Positions 1-8,655 of a DNA stretch of 64,000 nucleotides are shown here, piece by piece. The position numbers and the translations under genes are program-made. Source of the stretch: a virus; IMG/VR virus record IMGVR_UViG_3300008108_000337, positions 4,139 to 68,138 of that record, one strand, 5' to 3'. Position 1 is the first letter of the stretch, and every line of letters starts with the position of its first letter. The notes below the pieces were generated by a model. That model made no database searches. It had not been told where the DNA came from and worked only from the letters and a program-made list of their open reading frames with translations.

Positions 1-389
1 TGTTCTACTGAATCTGCTGATACATAAAGTAGTTTAGAAACATCCACACCGATTGCTTCTAAAAATTCTCTACTTACTGCAGTTTCAGTATCAATCAATA
101 CCGCAACACCACCTAGCTTTTGTGTTTCAGCTAGGAGGTGAGCGGATAGTAATGATTTACCTGATTGTTCTAAACCAGTTACCTCAACAATTCTACCTAC
201 TGGCAATCCACCATAAGGGCGGTTAGAAATTGCAACATCCAACATTGCACATCCAGTAGATACCCATCCATCAACATTGGTGGGTGCTTCATCTCCATCG
301 AGAAAGAAGGCTACCTTCTGATCTTTGGAATATTTATTTAGCTCATCCGCAAGGATATCCGCTAAATCCAATTCTTGTTTTTTTGCCAT
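1..389 (-). CDS. recA: RecA/UvsX-like recombinase (N-terminal part; runs off the window)
   Basis: Manual translation from the ATG at 389 gives MAKKQELDLADILA...VSTGCAMLDVAISNRPYGGLPVGRIVEVTGLEQSGKSLL...VLIDTETA. This carries the RecA STG..LD and GGLP.GRI.E motifs and a Walker A (GLEQSGKS). Confidence 0.95.
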   Translation of the reverse strand, partial: MAKKQELDLADILADELNKYSKDQKVAFFLDGDEAPTNVDGWVSTGCAMLDVAISNRPYGGLPVGRIVEVTGLEQSGKSLLSAHLLAETQKLGGVAVLIDTETAVSREFLEAIGVDVSKLLYVSADSVE

Positions 390-402
390 AAATAAGGTTT
401 AA

Positions 403-1218
403 TTAGGAATTAAATAAATCATCAAATGCTGCTTCAACATCAGTTAAAGAACTTGATACTTTTGGAGTTTCTACCGAACCACCCATATCATGGGATACCG
501 TCTTGGTAGTAGAAAGTGTTTCTTGTGCTACTGATTTTTCACTTGATGTAGTTTGAGCTGCCTTTGTAGGGTCTAACCAACTTTCCAATACATTCTTCAA
601 TTCATCGTAAGAAAGTTCTTGATACAATTCAGTAATAGCAGTTTGTTCATCAATGAACGCCTTTGCCTTTGCTGAATCTTCTGAAATTGGAGTTTGATTT
701 GGTTTAACTCGAAGTGTAGTTGTTGGATACGAAGTTCCTGCATCTTCAGCAGATACATATTCTACGGTCAAATCTCTACCCGCAGTTGGGTCGGTAATAT
801 CACCATAATCGGGGTCTGCAATGTATCCAAGAATTTCTTGATATACCGTTTTACCAAATCCCCAAAAACGAACTCCTTCACCTTCTTCACCACGAACGAT
901 GACAGGTACGAAAGTTCTCAACTTAGGTTCCATTGCCTTTGCTGCCTTCCAATCTTCCTTATCACCCATTCTTTTAAGTTTTTCTGCAAACTCCACAATT
1001 GGGTCAGGTCTACCGAAAGACATAGGGGAAAGATAAGTTTTGTTGTTGATATTGTAGTGGAAATAAAGTTCAATAAAAGGATTGTCTCTATTAAACTTGT
1101 AAGGAACGATTCTTACTTGATGCTTACCAGGAGTTGGTTTCCACAATGCATCGGTTTTCTTTTGAGTGTTTTGCAATTTGCCTAATCTAGCACGGATTGC
1201 GTTAATGTCTAATGCCAT
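403..1218 (-). CDS. single-stranded DNA-binding protein (T4 gp32-like)
   Basis: WKP..GKHQVRIVP, NPFIELYFHY and GVRFWGFGKTVY motifs; acidic C-terminal tail (AAFDDLFNS); adjacent to recA. Confidence 0.85.
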   Translation of the reverse strand: MALDINAIRARLGKLQNTQKKTDALWKPTPGKHQVRIVPYKFNRDNPFIELYFHYNINNKTYLSPMSFGRPDPIVEFAEKLKRMGDKEDWKAAKAMEPKLRTFVPVIVRGEEGEGVRFWGFGKTVYQEILGYIADPDYGDITDPTAGRDLTVEYVSAEDAGTSYPTTTLRVKPNQTPISEDSAKAKAFIDEQTAITELYQELSYDELKNVLESWLDPTKAAQTTSSEKSVAQETLSTTKTVSHDMGGSVETPKVSSSLTDVEAAFDDLFNS

Positions 1219-1354
1219 TTTCTTTTTGTTTTAAAGTTAATTAATTAATTTGTTTTATGGTTTTATTTACGAGTCTTTCCTACTCGCGGTGTGTACTTAT
1301 AAGTATAGAATTTACCGATTTTCTGATACTTTTTTTGGTGTTATTTTTGAATTA

Positions 1355-1385
1355 CAAAGATACGAAAAATAATTGACATTACCAA
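1355..1385 (-). promoter_or_regulatory. Bacteroidota sigma70-type promoter upstream of ssb-recA
   Basis: Minus strand reads TTGG...TTTTTCG-TATCTTTG. This matches the -7 element TAnnTTTG with a TTG(G) -33 element. Confidence 0.65.
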
Positions 1386-1817
1386 CTATTTTGCCCATTT
1401 TCCATTCTTTACAATCTGAGCAATGATACCATAAACTGATAAATCTTGGTAAGTGTCATTGATACTTTCACCAACGGTATCACTATATCCCAATACCACT
1501 AATTGTTTTAATCGTTGGATTTTATCATTCATTCTGAACCACAATCCAGTCAAGGATAATTTAACATCATCTTGGGTTTGTAATTGAGTTCCTACGGAAA
1601 TATTACTCGGGCCATAGTTTAATTGTTTTTTACAAAACAACTCATATTGAGTAAACATAATTGCTTTGAATTCATCCGTCATCTCGGGATACATTTGTTC
1701 AACTTGTTTTACCACAGCCGGTTCATCGTATTGTACTACTCGAATCTCATCTTCCTTTGGAAGGATATTCATTTGAATTTCTTTTTTTGCTTCTTGTTTT
1801 ATAACCTTTCTTTCCAT
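1386..1817 (-). CDS. nucleotide modification associated domain 1 (DUF1599-like) protein
   Basis: LFCKKQLNYG, GLWFRMNDKIQRL and ESINDTYQDLSVYGII pattern typical of this all-helical family. Confidence 0.75.
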   Translation of the reverse strand: MERKVIKQEAKKEIQMNILPKEDEIRVVQYDEPAVVKQVEQMYPEMTDEFKAIMFTQYELFCKKQLNYGPSNISVGTQLQTQDDVKLSLTGLWFRMNDKIQRLKQLVVLGYSDTVGESINDTYQDLSVYGIIAQIVKNGKWAK

Positions 1818-1820
1818 AAT

Positions 1821-1967
1821 TTATTTTTCTAATACCCATCTAAGAGTATCAATTTGAGTTTGTATTTTTAATATATTAATATCGTGCAGGATATCGAGTT
1901 TCATCTCTTTTGAGAGTGCAAGTTCTAATTCTGATATTTTTATTAGAATATCTGTTTCGTTTTTCAT
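1821..1967 (-). CDS. 48-aa hypothetical protein (paralogue C' of 3870..4019)
   Basis: Manual ORF MKNETDILIKISELELAL...LRWVLEK; ATGA overlap with the upstream gene; paralogue present in the window. Confidence 0.75.
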   Translation of the reverse strand: MKNETDILIKISELELALSKEMKLDILHDINILKIQTQIDTLRWVLEK

Positions 1968-2512
1968 GTTAAAAAATTTTCTTTATTCCATTTTCCAAAT
2001 TCGTCTCTTCGATATAATTCTATCAAATCTTTACATTCATCATAGGGAAGTTTGATAAAATATTTGTTTTTTTCCTCCCAACCATTAACATCTCGATAAA
2101 TGATGTTATTAATATATGGTTTAATGGACTCTGATTTGGTATAGAGTAAACTCATTCTATTATCAAAAAATTGAATATAATCTACTTTCCAATCTTTATA
2201 TTCATTATTCCATTTACCTTTTTTACCATCGCGAAGGGGAGATTCATTCCAATAATGTTTTTTTCGATTTGGTAATCTAAAACCACCTTCATTTTTGAAT
2301 GAATTTAATACATCAAATGTTAGAAATTCTACATCACACCCCTCACTATTTCCAAACATCAAATCGATTTGAACATCATTCCCAAATTTAATTTGAGTAT
2401 AGTTTTTATGTTTATACAAAAATTCTCGTGCAAGTTCTCTATCTAATATATCCGAGTACTTTTTTGACTCACTTTGAGTAAAACTACCATTTTTATTTTG
2501 ATATGCAAGCAT
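1964..2512 (-). CDS. hypothetical protein (possible nuclease-like fold)
   Basis: 182-aa ORF; ID-L...DVEF is only weakly reminiscent of PD-(D/E)xK enzymes. Confidence 0.6.
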   Translation of the reverse strand: MLAYQNKNGSFTQSESKKYSDILDRELAREFLYKHKNYTQIKFGNDVQIDLMFGNSEGCDVEFLTFDVLNSFKNEGGFRLPNRKKHYWNESPLRDGKKGKWNNEYKDWKVDYIQFFDNRMSLLYTKSESIKPYINNIIYRDVNGWEEKNKYFIKLPYDECKDLIELYRRDEFGKWNKENFLT

Positions 2513-2513
2513 A

Positions 2514-2774
2514 TTAAAACTTTTGAATCACCAACATTGCATCACTTACATCTTCTTCTCTTAAATAACCAACCACATCACCATTTGCAATAGGATTATC
2601 ATAATGAATTTCTCCATCTTTTAATACTGCTAATTCGTATAACCCTTGTTTACCACCATACGAAAAAGGAGTTCGGACTACACTAACACCATACCCATTA
2701 TCAAAATATTCTCTAGTCATCCACCCTATACCACCCGTATGGGGTTCAAAATTTAAATCTTTAAATGTTTTCAT
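2514..2774 (-). CDS. hypothetical protein (paralogue B' of 4022..4288)
   Basis: Shares MKTFKDL.FE, YFDNGYG.SVV and GLYELAVLKD.E.HYDNP.ANGDVVGYL with 4022..4288. Confidence 0.85.
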   Translation of the reverse strand: MKTFKDLNFEPHTGGIGWMTREYFDNGYGVSVVRTPFSYGGKQGLYELAVLKDGEIHYDNPIANGDVVGYLREEDVSDAMLVIQKF

Positions 2775-2785
2775 AAAAAATTAAT

Positions 2786-3271
2786 TTACCAAGATGCGGA
2801 ATAAAAATAATCACCACTATAATACTCTCTACCATTTTTATCTTTTACTTTTTCAGAAAGTTCTTGTTGGAGAATTTCAATCGTATGGTCAATATCATTC
2901 ATATAATGCTCATTATAATCAGTATCACCAAAAAAGAACCCACTTGTGGTTGGTAATAACTCTTCCCCTTTTGATGGATTTTCTTTAACTTGTTTACACA
3001 TATCTAACAAATTCATCAAATCATCAATATCAACATAATACGATTTACAATCATCTTCTCCATTTTGGACATTCTGAACGAACCAATTATGAATGTGATT
3101 TGCCTTTCTCCAATACCCAACTTGTTCTTCAATATAAGAAACTCTCTCGGGTTTAATACTTTCAACGAGTTTACCACCTCGTTTTACAATTACTTCGTGT
3201 CTTTCTTCGGGAGTGTGATGGTCCCAATTTTGCACATAAGTTTTCTTTGATAAATACATATCTAATCCCAT
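2786..3271 (-). CDS. conserved phage hypothetical protein (MGLDMYL...YWRKANHIHNWF type)
   Basis: Recognisable phage motifs MGLDMYL, YWRKANHIHNWFV, LLPTTSGFFFG and YSASW. Confidence 0.8.
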   Translation of the reverse strand: MGLDMYLSKKTYVQNWDHHTPEERHEVIVKRGGKLVESIKPERVSYIEEQVGYWRKANHIHNWFVQNVQNGEDDCKSYYVDIDDLMNLLDMCKQVKENPSKGEELLPTTSGFFFGDTDYNEHYMNDIDHTIEILQQELSEKVKDKNGREYYSGDYFYSASW

Positions 3272-3275
3272 AACT

Positions 3276-3440
3276 TTATTTTTGTTTATTTTTTAAAAAC
3301 TTATCAAGAGCATCCAGCATTCGTTGTACCGGATAAGTACCTTTTTCAGCAGGATCCCATAAATGATAATCTTCACAAGCAATGTAGTAGAATTCTTCCA
3401 ATTCACTTACTGGCATCATGTTTGTAGTTTTAGTTTTCAT
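3276..3440 (-). CDS. 54-aa hypothetical protein
   Basis: Manual ORF MKTKTTNMMPVSELEEFYYIACED...FLKNKQK that fills the gap between its neighbours. Confidence 0.65.
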   Translation of the reverse strand: MKTKTTNMMPVSELEEFYYIACEDYHLWDPAEKGTYPVQRMLDALDKFLKNKQK

Positions 3441-3454
3441 ATCTTTATTTTTAT

Positions 3455-3664
3455 TTATTTCTCCAAAACGTACTTCATCATCTCTTGCATCTTGATAATC
3501 ATAAGTTCCATTTCATCCTTACTAAGATACAACCTACCGTTTAATGTTTTATCATCCAACTCCCTAGTTTCAACTATGATACCATCAAACCCCTCAGTTG
3601 GATAAATTTCAACATTTTGTTCTTCAGTCGCAATAACTGTCTTATTCCAAACTTTATTTTTCAC
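3455..3664 (-). CDS. hypothetical protein
   Basis: 69-aa ORF in a tightly packed run. Confidence 0.7.
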   Translation of the reverse strand: MKNKVWNKTVIATEEQNVEIYPTEGFDGIIVETRELDDKTLNGRLYLSKDEMELMIIKMQEMMKYVLEK

Positions 3665-3671
3665 AACTTTT

Positions 3672-3866
3672 TTAATTTTTAGGTTTTACAATAATTTCTA
3701 AATTATTATCATCAAAACGAAGTCCAACAACTTCCCCACCATTTTCATTTTCATCGGCCTCAACCAACTCCAAAAACTTTTTGAGGTCAAATGCTCGGAT
3801 GAATATACCACCTTGTGCGTATTCACCATCATAACTATCTTTCCAAAATACTTGTTCGTTAAACAT
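3672..3866 (-). CDS. hypothetical protein (paralogue A' of 4296..4490)
   Basis: Highly similar to 4296..4490 (VFWKD.YDGEYA.GGIF.RA.DLKKFLELVEA). Confidence 0.85.
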   Translation of the reverse strand: MFNEQVFWKDSYDGEYAQGGIFIRAFDLKKFLELVEADENENGGEVVGLRFDDNNLEIIVKPKN

Positions 3867-3869
3867 ATC

Positions 3870-4019
3870 TTATTTTTCTAATACCCAATTTAATATTTTA
3901 ATTTTTTCGTTTGCTATGATGATGGAGTCATTTCCTTCAATCGGATTTTCTTTTTTAATATGAGATAGCCACATTTCTAATTCCGATATTTTTATTAAAA
4001 CATCTGTTTCGGTTTTCAT
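3870..4019 (-). CDS. 49-aa hypothetical protein (paralogue C)
   Basis: Manual ORF MKTETDVLIKISELEMWL...LNWVLEK. Confidence 0.75.
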   Translation of the reverse strand: MKTETDVLIKISELEMWLSHIKKENPIEGNDSIIIANEKIKILNWVLEK

Positions 4020-4021
4020 AT

Positions 4022-4288
4022 TTAGAGTTTTTGAACTTCAATCATTAATTCACTAACTTCATCTTCAGATAGGTATCCTACTACATCTCCATTTGCGACT
4101 GGATTATCATAGTGAAGTTCATCATCTTTCAAAACTGCTAATTCATATAATCCCAACTTACCACCATAAGAAAATGTGTGACTTACTACGGATGCACCAT
4201 ACCCATTATCAAAGTAAATTCTACTTTTTTTGCCAGGCATAAATGGGTCTGTCATAATTTCAAACTCCAAGTCTTTGAATGTTTTCAT
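4022..4288 (-). CDS. hypothetical protein (paralogue B)
   Basis: Paralogue of 2514..2774. Confidence 0.85.
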   Translation of the reverse strand: MKTFKDLEFEIMTDPFMPGKKSRIYFDNGYGASVVSHTFSYGGKLGLYELAVLKDDELHYDNPVANGDVVGYLSEDEVSELMIEVQKL

Positions 4289-4295
4289 AATTTTT

Positions 4296-4490
4296 TTAAT
4301 CTTTAGGTTTTACAATTACTTCTAAATTATTTCCATCAAAACGAAGTCCAACAACTTCGCCACCATTACCATTCTCGTTGGCTTCAACCAACTCCAAAAA
4401 TTTTTTAAGGTCTACTGCTCGGGTAAAAATACCACCTTCTGCATATTCACCATCATAGGTGTCTTTCCAAAAAACTACTTCATCAAACAT
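4296..4490 (-). CDS. hypothetical protein (paralogue A)
   Basis: Paralogue of 3672..3866; first gene after a host-type promoter. Confidence 0.85.
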   Translation of the reverse strand: MFDEVVFWKDTYDGEYAEGGIFTRAVDLKKFLELVEANENGNGGEVVGLRFDGNNLEVIVKPKD

Positions 4491-4512
4491 AACTTATTTA
4501 TTTTAGGTTTTA

Positions 4513-4544
4513 CAAATATACGAATAAATTTTTACAATTCCAAA
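4513..4544 (-). promoter_or_regulatory. Bacteroidota sigma70-type promoter
   Basis: Minus strand TTTG-N20-TATATTTG, an exact match to the -33/-7 consensus. Confidence 0.8.
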
Positions 4545-4561
4545 TGGGGTATCACTTATAG

Positions 4562-4936
4562 TTAAGTTCTAAAATGAGCACTGTATTGAGAATTTGCTCT
4601 CAATCGAGCAGTGTATTGTGGAGCCCATCCTTTGGAATGATTACTATATTGTCTTTGTCCAGTTACATTTCCAATAGAATCCCACTCACTTTCCCATTTA
4701 TTATCAGAAAGGAGGATTCCATCTTTAACTTTGATAAAAGGGCCAGTATCGGAATCACCGAATGATTCGATGTTCTTTTTATCTAATTTCCAAAAAATGT
4801 TTTTACGATTTGGTTTATCTACTTCAATGAATAGAACCGAATGAACTTTTACTTTACAAACTTTGATTGGTTTAGAACCAGTTTTTCCGTCCTTTGAAAC
4901 CAATACATTAACGATTTGACCAGTGAAATTTTCCAT
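4562..4936 (-). CDS. hypothetical protein
   Basis: The start is more likely MENFTGQ at 4936, preceded by the AAACCTTAAAACTCCT-type leader seen before other early genes, than 4972. Confidence 0.7.
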   Translation of the reverse strand: MENFTGQIVNVLVSKDGKTGSKPIKVCKVKVHSVLFIEVDKPNRKNIFWKLDKKNIESFGDSDTGPFIKVKDGILLSDNKWESEWDSIGNVTGQRQYSNHSKGWAPQYTARLRANSQYSAHFRT

Positions 4937-4956
4937 TTTATTAGGAGTTTTAAGGT

Positions 4957-5769
4957 TTATGATAATTGCCAATTATATTTAGATGATAGGTATTCTAAAT
5001 CATTCTCTTCTTCATCAGAAAGTGATTCATTAGAGTTGATTCTTCGTTGATACTCTTCAAAGGTATCATAATCGGTATTGTACTCTAGTATCTGAGCCTG
5101 TCTTATTAATTCTCTTTCTTCGTATGTCAACATAATTTCGGCATCTTCCCACGCAGCGTATAATACTTCCAATGCTTTCTTCTGATTATCAGATAATTTA
5201 TCCCCATGTACATCAATTATATCTGTAATATCTGAATAATCTTCTACATCATCTACTTTAATGGGGTTGGAGGATTTGAATTTAGGTTCTTTTTTAGTAA
5301 CTTTATCAGGAGTATTTCGAGTACCACCATATTTTGCTACAATTTCTTGCTCTTTGGAAGTTCCTGGAATTAATATAGCAGTTCCTAAATCTCTCGGATT
5401 TAATTTTCCAGATTCAATATCATTAGATATTTTTAATAAATCAACACCACTTCTATTAGCCCAATATTCTATTGATTTAGGACTCATACTTAATTTAGAT
5501 GAAAGTGATGTAGAAAGTTGGGTATTATCTACTGAAGGTTTATTAAAGATATTTACCTTTGGAGTATCGTTTTTCGAGTCACCACTACCTCCTTTATTAT
5601 CTTTTTTAGCAGTATGAGTTCCTGATTTAATTGCTGCATCTCGTGCATCTTTAGATTTGAATACGGCAGTTTTACCACTTTTTTTGTTTGTTGCAGTAAA
5701 GCTTTCTGCTTCTTGTATTGTTTTATCAATAGCAATATAAAATTTGTTTTCAGTTAAATACTTTTTCAT
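4957..5769 (-). CDS. hypothetical protein, probably a fusion of two genes
   Basis: The N-terminal part (LTE, IQEA, K-rich) changes abruptly at ...WEDAEI|MLTYEERELIR..., which reads like an independent small gene. Confidence 0.65.
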   Translation of the reverse strand: MKKYLTENKFYIAIDKTIQEAESFTATNKKSGKTAVFKSKDARDAAIKSGTHTAKKDNKGGSGDSKNDTPKVNIFNKPSVDNTQLSTSLSSKLSMSPKSIEYWANRSGVDLLKISNDIESGKLNPRDLGTAILIPGTSKEQEIVAKYGGTRNTPDKVTKKEPKFKSSNPIKVDDVEDYSDITDIIDVHGDKLSDNQKKALEVLYAAWEDAEIMLTYEERELIRQAQILEYNTDYDTFEEYQRRINSNESLSDEEENDLEYLSSKYNWQLS

Positions 5770-5802
5770 TTTCTTATATGTTTGTAATAATTATTATCTG
5801 AA

Positions 5803-6223
5803 TTATTTTTCAGAAAATTCGATTACTTCGTATACGCGAGTACTGATTTTCTTGACACCTTCAGTATTGGTGACAATAATACAATTTTTAAACATATCCC
5901 AATCAACCGTAAAGTTTTTATCCATCTTACCACCATTTAATTCTTTTACTAATTCATTCAAAGAATTTATAGTGTATCAAAGAATTTATAGTGTATAGGG
6001 TATTGGATTGTTTTTTTCTATGTACCAAAATCGTATCACGAAGTGGGTAAGTAGGTTTATACTGGGTATCTATATTGTATGTGACAAATAACTCCTCCAA
6101 ATTTGATTTATTTTGAAGGACATAAATGTAGTTATATACTAAATGATAAGTTTCTCTAATTCGTTGTAAACAGTTTTGTAACTCATCCTTTGATGTAAAG
6201 GTACACAAAAGTTGTGTTTGCAT
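5803..6223 (-). pseudogene. hypothetical gene frameshifted by a 19-bp tandem duplication
   Basis: Removing one copy of tcaaagaatttatagtgta (5958-5976 / 5977-5995) restores a 133-aa ORF ending ...NTLYTINSLNELVKELNGGKMDKNFTVDWDMFKNCIIVTNTEGVKKISTRVYEVIEFSEK*. Confidence 0.85.
5958..5995. repeat. perfect 19-bp tandem duplication
   Basis: tcaaagaatttatagtgta x2, read directly from the sequence. Confidence 0.95.
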
Positions 6224-6279
6224 GTAATCTCTCCTTAATTATATTTTATATAAATATAATTTTTTAGTTGGAAAGATTG

Positions 6280-8631
6280 TTATTTGGAACTTCTTCTTTT
6301 ATCTACATTAGAAGCAACACAATTTTGCATATCAGTACCGAATGAACTTGCAACTTTTTGAGAAGTACCCGCCGTTCTCCAACTATCTTGAGCTAGTTGA
6401 GTTTCTTGACCATTCTTTTTAGATTTAATTACAATTGCACCTGTTTCGGCATCAATAGTTGAAGTATTTCTTAAATATTCTTTTAAACCTTCACGAGTAC
6501 CGGGTGGAATATCTCCATAACCAGTTAAATCAGATAGACATTTTCTAATATCAGATGGTTTGGCTCCTCTAATTCCCATCTGTGCAATTAATTTATCATC
6601 ATCTTTATCATCAAAATCAATATAAGAAGTGAAATGTAGAGCATCAAGTACGGTATCTATATATGCTTTTGCAGCAGGGCCGTTTTCTACTACATTTCCA
6701 TTGGCATCTTTTTTTGGATAACCACTTTGTTTATCTGAATCATAAATGGTATTTACTACATTTTCGTGAGTTTCTTTAACAGCACTTTGTTCATTTCGTT
6801 TTATATCTCCTGCCTCTTGAATATTTATTGCATTTAAGTTTATTCCTTGTTTTTCTGCCTCTTGTCTTACTTTTAATAGTTGATTATGACCACCTGTATT
6901 AACTTCACCTACTTTGATAAATATTTTTGAAAATGGGTCATAAGCTGAATCATTGAATTCATTGTATTTTTGAACCAATTTCATTTTTTCCAAATCACCC
7001 ATTGATTCCCATTGTTGTACTGAAACATTTTCATTATCCAAAAAATGACCGAATTCGGCACCTCTAACAGGGTCTCCTTTTTTTGTTTTCTTTCTATTTA
7101 ATCCACGTTTATCGATTTCTTTGAAATATTTTGGTCCTGCAAGTCTTGCAAGTTTTACAAAATCATCATCCACATCTATATTAGCAGTATTTTTTCGTGT
7201 AGTTTGTGTTACGGTTGTTACTTTTGTAATACCCTCTTCTATAACTCCAATTACAGTTTCTTGAGTTTCCTTATCGTATTTACTTTTAAGAACTTTTAAT
7301 CTTTCTGCAGGAGTAGTATTATTATGTGGGTCTTTTAAATCACTTGCTGCCTTATTAGTAACACTTACGACTGTCATTTGACCTTTAGAGTTTTTACCAA
7401 CTATATAAGTATCATGATATTCTCCCGATTTTTTAAAGAAATAGATTTCTCTTTCGTAATGTTTTCTTTCTTCATCAGTTTTAGATTCATCTCTTCTTCT
7501 TTCTAATTCTGCCATAACTTGTTTATCAACTGAATTTTTTTCTGATTGAACACAAGTATAAGGTTGTTCTGTATCTATTTCATTACCATTCTCTAATAGT
7601 TGACGAGTTGAAAGGGCACCATCAAATGCAGCATTACACCATGTTTCAAATGGTTTTTCTTCTTTATTAAAACCAGGGTCTTTATGAAATACATGGTCTT
7701 CATCTTTCTTGGCAGCTTCTAATTGTTGATTAAAATATACTTTTCTTGCACCCAAATATTTCAAGCCATCTTCATCAGGTGGAGAAATACTATAACCCAT
7801 GTTTTTAAGAACTAATTTTTGTTCAGCATTTAATTTTTTCTTTTTAATATTTTCAACTTCAGTATTAATTTCTTTTTCATTTTCTTTAGAGAATTGAGAA
7901 AAATTAAAAGAGCTTACATTATCAGAATATAAACTTTCGCCAAAGGAAGCAACGGCACCACCGGCACCCGCAATACCTTTTCTTCTTTTTTCTCTTAATT
8001 CAGAAATTGAAGTATCAAAGGATTTGTTAAATTCTTCCTCACTTGGAGAACTTTCTTTAGTTTTATCAGTTTTACCATTTTTTTCAGCAGCAATTTTTTC
8101 TTGGGTCTCTTTTTCTTTTTTTACCAAATCCTGATATGAAGGGTCTTTTAATGAAGAGCCAGGTTCGGGTTCTTGTGCCACTTCTCCACCTTCTCCTCCA
8201 TCAACTCCTGCTTCAACATCTGCTTGTGCGGCAGTTTGAGCATTTTGTACTGCTGCAGCATCTTCTCCTTCTGCACCTTGAGTGGATTTCATAGTTTCAT
8301 AATCATCTTCAGATATTGGAGAAAATCTACCACTCTCATCTTGTGAGTATTTTTGTGCACCTGCTTTTGCCGTACCATCAGGACCAACATCACCACTTCG
8401 AACATAGACACCAGCACCAATGTGAGTATAACCAGTATCATCTGCTTCTTGAATTTTTGGTCCTTCAGTTAGAAAATTCATAATGATTTCTTTTGCACCA
8501 AAATCACCCCATTCGGTAAGAATTTCAGATATGATGGACTGATGTTCTTTTTTAGATAATATAGGGTAACCTTCGGTACTTCTATAAGAAAGTTCGTGTA
8601 GTAAATCGTCTATGAGTTTTTTGTAATACAT
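6280..8631 (-). CDS. large charged hypothetical protein (possible internal head protein)
   Basis: 783-aa ORF; ILTE/FLTE/IQEA motifs near the N-terminus; no catalytic motif recognised. Confidence 0.75.
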   Translation of the reverse strand: MYYKKLIDDLLHELSYRSTEGYPILSKKEHQSIISEILTEWGDFGAKEIIMNFLTEGPKIQEADDTGYTHIGAGVYVRSGDVGPDGTAKAGAQKYSQDESGRFSPISEDDYETMKSTQGAEGEDAAAVQNAQTAAQADVEAGVDGGEGGEVAQEPEPGSSLKDPSYQDLVKKEKETQEKIAAEKNGKTDKTKESSPSEEEFNKSFDTSISELREKRRKGIAGAGGAVASFGESLYSDNVSSFNFSQFSKENEKEINTEVENIKKKKLNAEQKLVLKNMGYSISPPDEDGLKYLGARKVYFNQQLEAAKKDEDHVFHKDPGFNKEEKPFETWCNAAFDGALSTRQLLENGNEIDTEQPYTCVQSEKNSVDKQVMAELERRRDESKTDEERKHYEREIYFFKKSGEYHDTYIVGKNSKGQMTVVSVTNKAASDLKDPHNNTTPAERLKVLKSKYDKETQETVIGVIEEGITKVTTVTQTTRKNTANIDVDDDFVKLARLAGPKYFKEIDKRGLNRKKTKKGDPVRGAEFGHFLDNENVSVQQWESMGDLEKMKLVQKYNEFNDSAYDPFSKIFIKVGEVNTGGHNQLLKVRQEAEKQGINLNAINIQEAGDIKRNEQSAVKETHENVVNTIYDSDKQSGYPKKDANGNVVENGPAAKAYIDTVLDALHFTSYIDFDDKDDDKLIAQMGIRGAKPSDIRKCLSDLTGYGDIPPGTREGLKEYLRNTSTIDAETGAIVIKSKKNGQETQLAQDSWRTAGTSQKVASSFGTDMQNCVASNVDKRRSSK

Positions 8632-8655
8632 AAATTTTTTTATTATTTAAATATT

